Shown here in pieces: positions 50,521 to 60,745 of a stretch of DNA of 64,000 bases. Numbering within the stretch: the first letter of the stretch is position 1; each line of letters starts with the position of its first letter. The DNA is from Acidobacteriia bacterium AH_259_A11_L15 (lineage in GTDB: Bacteria; Acidobacteriota; Terriglobia; Acidiferrales; 2-02-FULL-67-57). Location: the NCBI GenBank assembly GCA_027717655.1, contig JALLOH010000002.1, positions 3,474 to 67,473 of the forward strand. Reading direction: 5' to 3'. A program made the position numbers and the translations under genes. The notes beneath the pieces are model-generated. The model ran no database searches and was not told where the DNA came from. It was given only the letters and a program-made list of their open reading frames with translations.

Positions 50521-50549
50521 TTGACGCCCGCCAGCCGTGCGACTAGAGT
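50521..50549 (+). promoter_or_regulatory. Putative sigma70 promoter
   Basis: TTGACG-17 nt-TAGAGT. Confidence 0.5.
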
Positions 50550-50585
50550 AAGGTTCGCCGCCACCGACGCCCTCGGGAGAGACCT

Positions 50586-51185
50586 GTGGCCGCCACCACC
50601 GAAGACCAGCTCAGCCAACTCGAGAAAGACATCCGCCAGCTGCAAATCGAATACGACAGCTACTTTGCCGGCGGCCGCAAACGACCCCCCAGCGACACCG
50701 AGTGGCGGGTAAAGACCACTATCAGCAAGTTTTCGGAGCAGATCGGGCGGCTCAAGTATGCCCAGAGCTTCCGCTTCAACAACCTGGCGGCGCGCTACGC
50801 CAAGTTCAGCGAAATGTGGCGGAAGCGGCTCAAGAAGACGGAGGCGGGCCACAGCGCCTACGCCTACAGCAAGGTGGCGCGGGAGCTGGACCAGAAGCGC
50901 CTGGAAGAGGCCAGCCGGCAGCACGAAGCCCACCTGCATCACCAGACCACCCAGGTGGCCTTCAGCGACCCGCGGCGCGAATCCGAGAAAGTGCAGTCGC
51001 TCTACCGCAGCATGCTGGAAGCCAAGAAGGCCGCCGGCCAAGAGGCAGGCATCAACTTCGAGCAGTTCCACAAGTTTGTGCGGCAGAAAACCCAGCAGTT
51101 GAAGAAGCAGCTCGGTTGCCAGCAGGTGCAGTACTCGGTCTCGGTCGAACGCGGCCAGGTGAAGTTGAAGGCGAAGGGGGCGTAG
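50586..51185 (+). CDS. MXAN_5187 C-terminal-domain-like protein
   Basis: EYDSYFAG..KRPP, FRFNNL..RY, LY....AKK, V.VERGQVKLKAK. Confidence 0.75.
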   Translation: MAATTEDQLSQLEKDIRQLQIEYDSYFAGGRKRPPSDTEWRVKTTISKFSEQIGRLKYAQSFRFNNLAARYAKFSEMWRKRLKKTEAGHSAYAYSKVARELDQKRLEEASRQHEAHLHHQTTQVAFSDPRRESEKVQSLYRSMLEAKKAAGQEAGINFEQFHKFVRQKTQQLKKQLGCQQVQYSVSVERGQVKLKAKGA

Positions 51186-51378
51186 GCGAGGCGGAAAACC
51201 TGGATCCGGCGCCCCTGGTGGTTGATTGAAGCCACCCCGACAGACCGGAATGTCTGCCCCACCAGCGAAACAGCCTGATTTCTGAGGGCGGGGATCCTTC
51301 GGCAAGCTCCCTTCGGCGCTGCTCAGGGCAAGCAGGACAAGTAACCGCCGCCCCCAGGTTACAGCGGGAGGAGAATCC

Positions 51379-53088
51379 ATGAAGGGTGTGGAACGGGCAC
51401 TGGTGAGCGTGTATGACAAGCGCGGCGTGGTGGAACTGGCGCGGGCGCTGGCGGCGCTGGAGATCGAAATTCTTTCCACCGGCGGCACCGCGCGCCGGCT
51501 GCGCGAGAACGGCGTGCGGTTGCGCGAAGTGAGCGAAGTCACCGGCTTCCCCGAAATGCTGGGCGGGCGGGTCAAGACGCTGCACCCGGCCATCCACGCC
51601 GGCATCCTGGCCCGGCGGGATGACCCGCAGCAGTTGGAGCAACTAAGACAGCAGGGCTTGGGGCCGATTGACCTGGTAGTGGTCAATCTCTATCCGTTCG
51701 CGCAGACGGCGGCGCGTCCCGAAGGTTCGGGAGGAGCCACGCCCGCCGAGCTGGTCGAAGAAATCGACATCGGCGGGCCGACGATGGTCCGGGCGGCGGC
51801 CAAGAACTTTCAGGGGGTGGGCGTAGTGGTCTCGCCCGATGACTACGAACGGGTGATCGAAGAGCTGAAAGCACAGGGCGGCCTGTCGCTGGGCACGCGT
51901 TTGGAACTGGCGCGCAAGGCCTTCGCCACCACCGCCGCGTATGACGCGACGATTGCCAGCACCCTCGAAGAACTGCGCGTGGAGGGCAGCACGCTTACTC
52001 GCCAGCCGCCGACCGGCTTTCCCGCCTTCCTTCGGCTCACAGGAAAGAAAGTGACGGACCTGCGCTATGGGGAGAATCCGCATCAGCGAGCGGTCTTGTA
52101 CCGGCTCGCTGATGCGCCCGCCGGAGTCCCGCGTGGCGGGACGGAGGCGGGTGGCTTCGGCATCGCTGGCGCCCGCCAGCTTCAGGGCAAGGAACTCAGC
52201 TACAACAACCTGCTCGACCTGGACGCCGCCTGGGACTTGGCCTCGGAGTTCCAAGAACCCTTCGGGGCGAGCCCTCAGGGTGAACCGGTGGTTGCCATCA
52301 TCAAGCACACCAACCCCTGCGGGGTGGCCGTGGGCCGTCCCGAAGCTTCGGGACAGGCCGAAGCCTACGAGAAGGCGCTGGCGTGCGACCCGGTTTCCGC
52401 CTTCGGCTCGGTCATGGGGCTGAACCAGCCGCTCACCGCCGCGACGGCCGAGGCGATGAGCAAGCTATTCGTCGAGGCCATCGCCGCGCCGGGCTACGAA
52501 CCCAAGGCGCGGGAGATTCTGGCCAAGAAGAAGAACCTCCGGTTGATGGAAGTGACCCCGCAAAGCGGGGTCATCCTGAGCGAGCCCGAAGGGCGAGTCG
52601 AAGGGTCTGCTTTTTTTCGCTATCGCCTCCGCTCCATTTCCGGCGGGCTGCTGGTGCAGGAAAAAGACTGCGGGCAATTGAACCCGAAGGAATTGCGCAC
52701 GGTCAGCAAACGCGCGCCCACGACCGAGGAGCTTCAGTCGCTGCTCTTCGCCTGGGTGGTGGCCAAGCACGTGAAGTCGAACGCCATCGTCTACGCCCGC
52801 GACGGGCAGACGGTCGGTATCGGCGCCGGGCAGATGAGCCGGGTGGATTCCGTCAAGCTCGGTGCTATGAAAGCCCGCGAGCTGGGCCACGCCGGGCGGC
52901 TGAAAGGCTCGGTGCTGGCCTCCGACGCTTTCTTCCCTTTCCCCGACGGCGTCGAAGAGGCGGCCAAGGCGGGCGTCACGGCGGTGATTCAACCCGGCGG
53001 CTCCAAGCGCGACCCGGAAGTCATCGCCGCCGCCGACCGCCTCGGCCTGACGATGGTGTTTACCGGCATCCGCCATTTCAGACATTGA
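51379..53088 (+). CDS. purH: Bifunctional AICAR transformylase / IMP cyclohydrolase with palindromic in-frame inserts
   Basis: [59 protein letters not shown]. Confidence 0.98.
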   Translation: MKGVERALVSVYDKRGVVELARALAALEIEILSTGGTARRLRENGVRLREVSEVTGFPEMLGGRVKTLHPAIHAGILARRDDPQQLEQLRQQGLGPIDLVVVNLYPFAQTAARPEGSGGATPAELVEEIDIGGPTMVRAAAKNFQGVGVVVSPDDYERVIEELKAQGGLSLGTRLELARKAFATTAAYDATIASTLEELRVEGSTLTRQPPTGFPAFLRLTGKKVTDLRYGENPHQRAVLYRLADAPAGVPRGGTEAGGFGIAGARQLQGKELSYNNLLDLDAAWDLASEFQEPFGASPQGEPVVAIIKHTNPCGVAVGRPEASGQAEAYEKALACDPVSAFGSVMGLNQPLTAATAEAMSKLFVEAIAAPGYEPKAREILAKKKNLRLMEVTPQSGVILSEPEGRVEGSAFFRYRLRSISGGLLVQEKDCGQLNPKELRTVSKRAPTTEELQSLLFAWVVAKHVKSNAIVYARDGQTVGIGAGQMSRVDSVKLGAMKARELGHAGRLKGSVLASDAFFPFPDGVEEAAKAGVTAVIQPGGSKRDPEVIAAADRLGLTMVFTGIRHFRH

Positions 53089-53450
53089 TGGGAACCACGG
53101 ATGTAGGAGTTACTGCCAAAATTAGTTATCATGATGGAGTAAACCAGTCAGTAGTCTCGGTGAATGGCATGCTGATCAACCTGTACTTGATCCTGGCAAT
53201 CGGAAGTTGGTTTTTCATGTTGTTCTTCGGAGAGAAGCTAGAAGGTCAAAAGGGAAAGAAGACGCAAGGCGTAGCCGGAATTTATCTCTTTTGGGGATAT
53301 ATTGCTTTCGTTTTCTGGTCGGCGGTCGTGCTCGGCATCTGGGAGCGAGAGTTGCTCATTGTGGCTGCTATCGGCAGCATCCCTGGACTCTTGGGTACCT
53401 ATCTGCTCCTCGGCACTGTGGTCGACGCTCTAAGAGGGAACAGAAATTAA
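53088..53450 (+). CDS. Small AT-rich membrane protein (start uncertain)
   Basis: Three hydrophobic helices; TGATG overlap with the purH stop. Confidence 0.55.
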   Translation: MGTTDVGVTAKISYHDGVNQSVVSVNGMLINLYLILAIGSWFFMLFFGEKLEGQKGKKTQGVAGIYLFWGYIAFVFWSAVVLGIWERELLIVAAIGSIPGLLGTYLLLGTVVDALRGNRN

Positions 53451-53483
53451 CTGCGCAACAATCGTAATGGGACACCAGCAAGC

Positions 53484-54266
53484 GTGGTTTCGCTTGCAGT
53501 CGCAATGACCAGCAGAACGATAGGGCGAGACGCACTCAAGCAAGCGATGATCCAAGCCCTGGAGTCATATCCTCTGTGCAAGTTTTTCTTGTCGCAGTAT
53601 GTCCAGAAAATGACCGATATAGATATGCAGCGAGACGAGGCATTCCATGTATCTGTCAAGCGGATTCTGTTGATCGACACCCACCTGATACGTGAGTTTG
53701 AAGCACTTATTTCTTCTTCCCTGCAAGCCTTGGGTTTGTCGAAGGAAGAGCTTAAGAAATCTTCGGAGTTCAACTTTGAGTGCTATAACCCTACAAACCT
53801 GGAAAGTTTCTTCGGTGTACTGCGCGCCGCGATCTTCCTACACGAAAAGGGGTATACGGATTTGAAGCTCCTCAAGCGGGCGTCCTGCGCTGACATTCTT
53901 TGTCGCTTCCATGGAAGATGGGTATGTCTTGAGGTGAAAACACTGACTTACGACCGTAGAGGGGGTAGAGGTTTATGGCTAGGGGATCAGGTAGGCGACA
54001 AACTGAAAGACATTCTCCCTTCCGCTCGAAGGCAGCTTTCAAAAGCAAGGGTGGACTATGCTTGCCCGGAAACCATCCTTGCCGTTGTAGTCAACTGGCT
54101 TGAACAATCGGCCGTACTCCAACAAGAAGACTATCAGGAGATTGTGGATAAACTGGAATCGGGTACGCCGAATCTCAACCAGCTAGAAGGACTAGATCAC
54201 ATTGTTTTTATCACTTACTTCGGTCAAGCTTACCCCTTCTCTCGGACTCAACTGGCTTCCTCATAA
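53484..54266 (+). CDS. Hypothetical protein, possible PD-(D/E)XK nuclease fold
   Basis: CADILC...VCLEVK motif; markedly lower GC. Confidence 0.6.
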   Translation: MVSLAVAMTSRTIGRDALKQAMIQALESYPLCKFFLSQYVQKMTDIDMQRDEAFHVSVKRILLIDTHLIREFEALISSSLQALGLSKEELKKSSEFNFECYNPTNLESFFGVLRAAIFLHEKGYTDLKLLKRASCADILCRFHGRWVCLEVKTLTYDRRGGRGLWLGDQVGDKLKDILPSARRQLSKARVDYACPETILAVVVNWLEQSAVLQQEDYQEIVDKLESGTPNLNQLEGLDHIVFITYFGQAYPFSRTQLASS

Positions 54267-54400
54267 CGATCTCTTAGAACCGCATCAGGTCGCGGCCGAC
54301 AACGATTTTCCCTCTGAAGTGCTGGCGGGCGCCCTTCGACCCTTCGAGCAAGCTCAGGGCAGGCTTCGCTCAGGGTGCGCCTCACTGGTGTCGAAGCAGT

Positions 54401-55369
54401 TCAAAACCGCATGAGATCTTTTCCCACGATTATCCTGCCCTTGAAATGCCTCTGCGCACGTTCGAGGATGGTTTGCTCGGCCTCGGGGTCGCCGGGGACG
54501 ACGTGGGTGAGCACCAGGAGCTTCACGCCCGCGGCTTGGGCCACCTGGCCGACTTCGGTGGCGCTGGTGTGGTAGGCCTTCAGGCGGGCGGCGACTTCGG
54601 GGCTGTCCACGCGGTCGAAGTGCTCGGGGAGGTAAACCTCGTGGATGAGGATGTCAGCGCCGCGGGCGTGCCGGATGAGGTTCTGGCTGGGGGCGGTGTC
54701 GCCGGAGATGACCACTGACCTAATGGGAAAAGCCGACGACGAAGCTGCCGCTTCGTCGCCGCTACCTGACCCCAGCAAATCAAAGCGGTAGCCGAAGGCC
54801 GGCTCCACCGGGCGGTGGTCGACAGCAAAGGCGGTGACGCGGACGTCCTCGTCTTCATACACCACGCCCTCTTCGACCGTGTGCACGTTGATGGTGGCGC
54901 CCGCCCCGGGGTGCCCTTCGGTGAGGTCGCGCCGGATGCGGATGTCCTCGGCGAAGTATTGCTCCAGCGCCGCGGCCATCTCCTCCGTGCCTACCGGCCC
55001 GTAGAGCTCCAGCGGCAGGTAGCGCCCGAAAATCCACGAGGTAGCGAACAGGTCAGGGAGGCCCGAAGTGTGGTCGGAGTGCAGGTGAGTGAGGAAGACG
55101 GCGCGCAGGCAGCGGCTGCCGGCGACGCCGCATGACTGCGGGAGGTCGAAGGCGGCCAGGCGCATCACCAGGCCGCGCCCCGCGTCCACGAGGAACACCT
55201 TCTCGCCCACCACGATGGCGGTTGACGCTCCCGCTCTTGCGGGATCGGGCCGCGGGTAGCCCGTCCCCAGCAGGATCACCTGCATCTCCTCCGCCAGTGC
55301 TTGCAACGATCCTCCTAGAAGCGGACCGAGGGCAAAGAGCAAACTAACCAGGAAGATTAGACTGCGCAT
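54401..55369 (-). CDS. Secreted RNase Z/arylsulfatase-like MBL hydrolase
   Basis: LLGTG.P, VDAGRG, THLHSDH, SGDT, YHT, VLTH. Confidence 0.9.
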   Translation of the reverse strand: MRSLIFLVSLLFALGPLLGGSLQALAEEMQVILLGTGYPRPDPARAGASTAIVVGEKVFLVDAGRGLVMRLAAFDLPQSCGVAGSRCLRAVFLTHLHSDHTSGLPDLFATSWIFGRYLPLELYGPVGTEEMAAALEQYFAEDIRIRRDLTEGHPGAGATINVHTVEEGVVYEDEDVRVTAFAVDHRPVEPAFGYRFDLLGSGSGDEAAASSSAFPIRSVVISGDTAPSQNLIRHARGADILIHEVYLPEHFDRVDSPEVAARLKAYHTSATEVGQVAQAAGVKLLVLTHVVPGDPEAEQTILERAQRHFKGRIIVGKDLMRF

Positions 55370-55607
55370 GGTCGCGAGTTTGACATTGCGGACGGCGGGG
55401 GACAAGCCCTTGCCTACCCAAGAACCCAGAGGCCACTGGCGGGCGAGCGTCCCTGGAGGGGATGGGAAATGCGTCGAGAACGCGTTCTTGACGCATTTCG
55501 GGGCTAGGGGCGATCCAGAGGCCCTGTCTCATGCGTCCGGATGCATCCGGGACGCAGAACGCATGCGGGGGGCGCCTACCCCCCGGGGCCGCCGGCCAGC
55601 CGCGAAA

Positions 55608-55637
55608 TTGACGCTCCCTGCAGGCCTCTGCTAGGTT
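55608..55637 (+). promoter_or_regulatory. Putative thrS promoter
   Basis: TTGACG-18 nt-TAGGTT with TG extension. Confidence 0.4.
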
Positions 55638-55714
55638 AGACTTTCGCTGCGAGATTCGGGGCAGGCAGGAATGTCTGTTTGACAGACAGGAATGTCTGTC
55701 CTACTGAATAAGAG

Positions 55715-57655
55715 ATGGCGGAGACAATCAAAGTCACGCTGCCGGAGGGGCAGGTTGAAGAGGTGCCCAAGGGCACCACCCCGCTCGAGCTGCTGAAGAA
55801 GCTCAACCAGCGCCTGGCCGAGCAGGCCATCGTGGCCCAGAGCGACGCCGAGCTGATCGACCTCGACCGCCCGCTCACCCAGGACACTGCGCTCCGCTTC
55901 CTCACCCCGGACGACGCGGAGGGGATGTTCGTCTTCCGGCACAGCTCGGCGCACCTGCTGGCCGCCGCCGTGCTCGAGCTCTACCCGGAGGTCAAGCTGG
56001 GCGTGGGCCCGCCCACCGACAACGGTTTCTTCTACGAGTTCTTCCGCGAGCAGCCCTTTACTCCCGAAGACCTGGAGAAGATCGAAACAAAAATGCGGGA
56101 GCTGCGCGACCAAGACCTCCGCTACGCGCGCCGGATGATGAAGCACGACGAGGGCCTGAACTTCTACCAGCAGCAGCACCAGGACTTCAAGTGCGAGCTG
56201 GTGCAGGAGAAGGCCGAAGGGGCTGAGTTCAGCGTTTACGTCACCGGCAAGTTCGTCGACTTCTGCCGCGGGCCCCACATCCCCTCCACCGGGCGCATCC
56301 GGGCCTTCAAGCTGCTCAACGTCAGCGGCGCCTACTGGAAAGGCCAGGAAGGCAACCCGCAGATGCAGCGCATCTATGGCACCGCCTTCCCTTCCCAGGC
56401 CGAGCTCGACGACTTCCTCCACCGGCTGGAGGAAGCCAAGCGGCGCGACCACCGCAAGCTCGGACCCGAGCTCGACCTCTTCAGCTTCCAGGAAGAAGGC
56501 GGCGCCGGCCTGGTCTTCTGGCATCCCAAGGGGGGCACCGTGCGCACCCTCATGGAAGACTGGGTGCGCTCCGAATATCAGCGCCGCGGCTACCAAATGG
56601 TCTACACCCCGCACGTAATGCGGCTCGACCTCTGGAAGACCAGCGGCCACCTGAACTATTACCGCGAGAGCATGTTCCCGGCCATGGAGACGGAGAACGT
56701 TGCCTACCAGCTCAAGCCGATGAATTGTCCGGGACACATCCTCATCTACAAGAACCGCCGGCGCAGCTACCGCGAGCTGCCCCTGCGCTTGGCCGAGCTG
56801 GGCACCGTCTACCGCTACGAGCGCGGCGGCGTGCTTCACGGCCTCTTGCGCGTGCGCGGGTTCACCGTGGACGACGCCCACATCTTTTGCAGGCCCGAGC
56901 AGGTGGAAGAGGAAATCTTGGGCTGCGTCGACTTCGCCGTAGACGCCCTGAAGACCTTCGGCTTCGAAAACTACCAGGTCGAACTCTCCGTTCACGACCC
57001 CGCCCATCGCGAGCACTACGCCGGCAAGCCCGAGGACTGGAACCACGCCGAGGCCGCGCTGCTCGGCGCGCTCAACCGGCGGGGCATCCCCTCGAAGCGG
57101 ATGGAAGGCGAAGCGGTCTTCTACGGGCCCAAGATCGACCTCAAGCTGATTGACGCCATCGGGCGCCCCTGGCAGCTCTCCACCGTGCAGTTTGACTTCA
57201 ATCTGCCCGAACGCTTCGACCTCAGCTACACCGGCGCCGACGGCGCAGCCCACCGGCCGGTGATGATCCACCGGGCGCTCTGGGGTTCGGTGGAGCGTTT
57301 CTTCGGCGTGCTCCTGGAGCACTACGCCGGCGCTTTCCCGGTGTGGCTGGCGCCGGTGCAAGCCATCGTGCTGCCCATCAGCGAGAAGCACCTGGACTAC
57401 GCCCGGGAAGTCACCGACAAGCTGCGCGCCGCCGGCTTCCGGGTCGAGCTCGACGCCCGCAATGAAAAGCTCCAGGCCAAGATCCGCGACGCCCAACTGC
57501 AGAAGATTCCCTACATGCTGGTGTGCGGCCGGAAAGAGCAGGAAGCCGGCACCGTCAGCGTCCGCTCGCGCAGCCGGGGCGACCTGGGGCCGCAGCCGCT
57601 GCCCGACTTCCAACGGGAACTCGCCCGCCGGGTCGATACCCGGGCAGTTGACTAA
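55715..57655 (+). CDS. thrS: Threonine-tRNA ligase
   Basis: RHSSAHLLA, DFCRGPH, RDHRKLG, KPMNCPGH, FYGPKID, IHRA. Confidence 0.99.
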   Translation: MAETIKVTLPEGQVEEVPKGTTPLELLKKLNQRLAEQAIVAQSDAELIDLDRPLTQDTALRFLTPDDAEGMFVFRHSSAHLLAAAVLELYPEVKLGVGPPTDNGFFYEFFREQPFTPEDLEKIETKMRELRDQDLRYARRMMKHDEGLNFYQQQHQDFKCELVQEKAEGAEFSVYVTGKFVDFCRGPHIPSTGRIRAFKLLNVSGAYWKGQEGNPQMQRIYGTAFPSQAELDDFLHRLEEAKRRDHRKLGPELDLFSFQEEGGAGLVFWHPKGGTVRTLMEDWVRSEYQRRGYQMVYTPHVMRLDLWKTSGHLNYYRESMFPAMETENVAYQLKPMNCPGHILIYKNRRRSYRELPLRLAELGTVYRYERGGVLHGLLRVRGFTVDDAHIFCRPEQVEEEILGCVDFAVDALKTFGFENYQVELSVHDPAHREHYAGKPEDWNHAEAALLGALNRRGIPSKRMEGEAVFYGPKIDLKLIDAIGRPWQLSTVQFDFNLPERFDLSYTGADGAAHRPVMIHRALWGSVERFFGVLLEHYAGAFPVWLAPVQAIVLPISEKHLDYAREVTDKLRAAGFRVELDARNEKLQAKIRDAQLQKIPYMLVCGRKEQEAGTVSVRSRSRGDLGPQPLPDFQRELARRVDTRAVD

Positions 57656-57883
57656 ACTCTTGCCTTCCGCCCGGGTCTGCTATACTCTTTTTCGAGCCGC
57701 GCGGCGCGAGGGAGTCCCGAAGCCTCGGGAGGCCGCCCGGCGCGTGGAATCCATGACACCCAAGCCGCCCGCGTCGTGAGTGTTGTCTCTGGACAAGCCG
57801 CGACCCGGCGGGCGCGGGTTCGCCCCGTCGAAGTCCCGCAGAGCGGGATGGAAGGCGGGGTAGATTTTTCTTAGGAGGCGGTT

Positions 57884-58459
57884 ACGAGCGTATCGAATCG
57901 AACTCTCCGGGTGAACCAGCGAATCCGCGTCCGCGAGATTCGCTTGATCGACGAAACCGGCCAGCAAGTCGGCATTATGCCCCCCCTGGAAGCCCTGCGG
58001 CGAGCCCGCGACAATGGCCTCGACTTGGTGGAAATTTCCCCCACCGCCCAGCCGCCCGTCTGCAAGATCATGGACTACGGGAAGTACTTGTATGAACTCA
58101 ACAAGAAGATGCACGAGCAGCGCCGCCACCAGAAGAGCACCCGCCTCAAGGAAGTCAAGCTCCGCCCCCGCACCGACCAGCACGACTACGAATTCAAGAA
58201 GAACCACGTGCTGCGCTTCCTCCAGGAGGGCGACAAGGTGAAGCTGGTGATGATTTTCCGCGGCCGCGAAATGGCTCACCAGGACCTGGGCCGCAAGAAG
58301 CTGGAGAAGCTGATCGGGGAAGTCGCCCACCTGGGCGCGCCCGAGAGTCGGCCCGCCATGGAAGGCCGGGCGATGATTACCGTGCTGGCCCCCAAGCCGC
58401 AGACCAAGCGCCCCAGCAAGGCTGGCTCGGAGCGCTCCGGGGACGCCGCCAATGCCTAA
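57884..58459 (+). CDS. infC: Translation initiation factor IF-3 (non-canonical start likely)
   Basis: VNQRIR, DLVEISP...PPVCKIMDYGKY, KEVK, FRGRE; AGGAGG at 57873-57878. Confidence 0.96.
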   Translation, partial: TSVSNRTLRVNQRIRVREIRLIDETGQQVGIMPPLEALRRARDNGLDLVEISPTAQPPVCKIMDYGKYLYELNKKMHEQRRHQKSTRLKEVKLRPRTDQHDYEFKKNHVLRFLQEGDKVKLVMIFRGREMAHQDLGRKKLEKLIGEVAHLGAPESRPAMEGRAMITVLAPKPQTKRPSKAGSERSGDAANA

Positions 58460-58658
58460 GCTGAAGACCCACAGGGGAGCGATGAAGCGCTTCAAGAAGA
58501 CCGCCCGGGGAAAGTTTCTCCGCCGGCGGGCCCTGATGCGGCACCTGCTGAGCGGCAAACGAAAAAAGCGCAAGCGCCAGCTCCGCCGCACTGCCACGGT
58601 CAGCGCCGCGGACGCCGTCCGTATTAGGCAGCTCCTGCCCTACCGGCACAAAATGTAA
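58452..58658 (+). CDS. rpmI: 50S ribosomal protein L35
   Basis: MPKLKTHRGAMKRFKKT. Confidence 0.97.
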   Translation: MPKLKTHRGAMKRFKKTARGKFLRRRALMRHLLSGKRKKRKRQLRRTATVSAADAVRIRQLLPYRHKM

Positions 58659-58691
58659 GCTGAATCTCTCTAGAAAGGAACCGCCGCTCTC

Positions 58692-59054
58692 ATGCCACGA
58701 GTCAAACGAGGACCGAAACGCGCCCGCCGCCGGAAGAAGATCCTCCGCCAGGCCCGAGGCTACTACCTGACCCGGTCGAAGCTCCATCGCCAGGCCCGCC
58801 TGGCCGTGCACCGGGCGCTGCAGTTCAGCTTCCGCCACCGGCGCACCCGGAAGCGGGAGTTCCGCCGGCTGTGGATCGTGCGCCTGAACGCCGCCGCCGC
58901 CCGGCACGAGCTGAGCTACAGCCGGTTGATGGACGGCCTGCACAAGGCGGGCATCGAGCTCGACCGCAAAGTCCTGGCCGACATCGCCGTGCGCGACCCC
59001 CAAGGCTTCGCCGCCCTGGCCACCACCGCTAAACAGGCCGCCGCTGCCGCCTGA
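58692..59054 (+). CDS. rplT: 50S ribosomal protein L20
   Basis: MPRVKRG, KREFRRLWIVRLNAA, LDRKVLADIA. Confidence 0.98.
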   Translation: MPRVKRGPKRARRRKKILRQARGYYLTRSKLHRQARLAVHRALQFSFRHRRTRKREFRRLWIVRLNAAAARHELSYSRLMDGLHKAGIELDRKVLADIAVRDPQGFAALATTAKQAAAAA

Positions 59055-59073
59055 CGGGCCCCCTCACCTTCGC

Positions 59074-59460
59074 CGCCGAGGCCGGCTTGCCCTGAGCTCA
59101 TCGAAGGGTGGCACCTGCCACCGGCTTTTCACCTGGATGCGTCAAGGGTCTCTTTTCGCTGCTTGCCCTGTCGTGTAAACTGCGGCACGAACTCCCCGTG
59201 GCAGGTGCCACGGGGCTCAGCGCAGTAGGTGAGTGTTTTGATAGGGCAGGGCTTCAGCCCTGCCGTTCGCGGCTGTTAAAGATTGGGCTTTAGCCCCTGA
59301 GGACACCCGGCTTTTCCGCAACGCGGCTCTCGTGTAAACTGCCTGCCTTGAACGAGAAGCTTGGGTAGGACAAGGCTTTATGCCTTGCCGCTCAACCGGC
59401 AGGGGATGAACCCCTGCCCTACCCAGCCCGATTGTCATCCTGAGCGAAGCGAAGGATCTC
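59074..59460. repeat. Cluster of palindromic repeats from several families between rplT and pheS
   Basis: RAYT-family pair 59074-59125/59194-59223; doublet 59240-59302; GTAG pair 59363-59425; GTCAT unit 59433-59460. Confidence 0.85.
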
Positions 59461-59469
59461 AACGCAGCC

Positions 59470-60615
59470 ATGACCGACATCCTGCAAAAGCTTCCGTTCA
59501 AGATTACGCAGCTGGGGATTCAATCACCTGAAGAGGTTGAGAATATTTTTGCAGAACTGCGGGCTGCGTTCGATCGGGAACTTGGGGAGAAACATGACAT
59601 AGAAGGGCTTGAAGGAATTCGAATCCGTTGGCGGGGTCGGAAAGGTCTTGACCGGCTTCTTCGTGATAACTGGCTCAAGCCCGAGTCAAAGTTCAAACCC
59701 GCAGTGGGCAAGGCGTACAACGATTTCAAGGACTATGTGGAATCCTCTCTCGCGCTGCGTTTGCAACACCTAAGAGCTCAAGAAGAAAGTCGCGAGATGG
59801 CCGCAGAAGGAGTAGATCTCACTCTCCCCGGGCTGGCGGCTCGCCGCGGCGCCCGCCACTTGGTCACCCAGACCCTGGAAGAAATTTGCGACATCTTCGC
59901 CCGCATCGGCTTTTCGGTGGTGGAAGGCCCGGAGGTGGAAACCGATTACTACAACTTCGAGGCCCTCAACATCCCTCAGCACCATCCCGCCCGCGACACC
60001 ATGGACACGCTCTATCTGGATCTGCCCGCCCGCGCCCTGCCCGAGGAAATCCGCGGCCCGCGCTCCGACCCCAATCAGTTCCTCCTGCTGCGCACCCATA
60101 CCTCGCCCGTGCAAATCCGCACCATGGAGAAGCAGAAGCCGCCGGTGCGCGTGGTGGTGCCGGGCAAGGTGTACCGCCGCGACAATCCCGACGCCACCCA
60201 CTCCTTTATGTTCCACCAGGTCGAAGGCCTGGCTGTCGACCGCGACCTCACCTTCTGCGAGTTTAAGGGCGCGATGGAGTATTTCCTGCGGGAGTTCTTC
60301 GGGCCGGAGACCAAGACCCGCTTCGCGGCCAGCTATTTCCCTTTCACCGAGCCCTCGGCCGACCTGGCGGCTACCTGCGGCGTCTGCCAGGGGTCCGGCT
60401 GCTCGGTCTGCAAGCACACCGGCTGGATCGAACTCTTCGGCGCCGGCATGGTGGACCCGGCGGTCTACGGATTCGTGGACTACGAGCCGGGGGAGCTGTC
60501 GGGGTTCGCCTTCGGGATGGGGGTGGAGCGGTTCGCCATGATCAAGTACGGCGTGGACGACCTCCAGCTCTTCTTCCAGAACGATGTGAGGTTCTTACAG
60601 CAATTCCGCCGCTAG
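59470..60615 (+). CDS. pheS: Phenylalanine-tRNA ligase alpha subunit
   Basis: NFEALNIP..HPARD, LRTHTSPVQ, FHQVEG, YFPFTEPS, GFAFGMGVER. Confidence 0.98.
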   Translation: MTDILQKLPFKITQLGIQSPEEVENIFAELRAAFDRELGEKHDIEGLEGIRIRWRGRKGLDRLLRDNWLKPESKFKPAVGKAYNDFKDYVESSLALRLQHLRAQEESREMAAEGVDLTLPGLAARRGARHLVTQTLEEICDIFARIGFSVVEGPEVETDYYNFEALNIPQHHPARDTMDTLYLDLPARALPEEIRGPRSDPNQFLLLRTHTSPVQIRTMEKQKPPVRVVVPGKVYRRDNPDATHSFMFHQVEGLAVDRDLTFCEFKGAMEYFLREFFGPETKTRFAASYFPFTEPSADLAATCGVCQGSGCSVCKHTGWIELFGAGMVDPAVYGFVDYEPGELSGFAFGMGVERFAMIKYGVDDLQLFFQNDVRFLQQFRR

Positions 60616-60745
60616 CGAGAGGGCCAGCGAATCGAGAAACGCTTACAATGAAAAGCTTGTCATCCTGAGCGCAGCGAAGGATCTCAGCCGAGATTCTTCG
60701 CCCCGAATATTCGGGGCTCAGAATGACAAGCAACACACAAAGGCG

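Noticed and set aside
55631..57613. 660-aa minus-strand ORF
   Set aside because: Antisense shadow of thrS
57690..57870. L20 leader or tRNA between thrS and infC
   Set aside because: Only GC-rich hairpins resembling local repeats; no cloverleaf or recognisable leader motif, and an Infernal search would be needed
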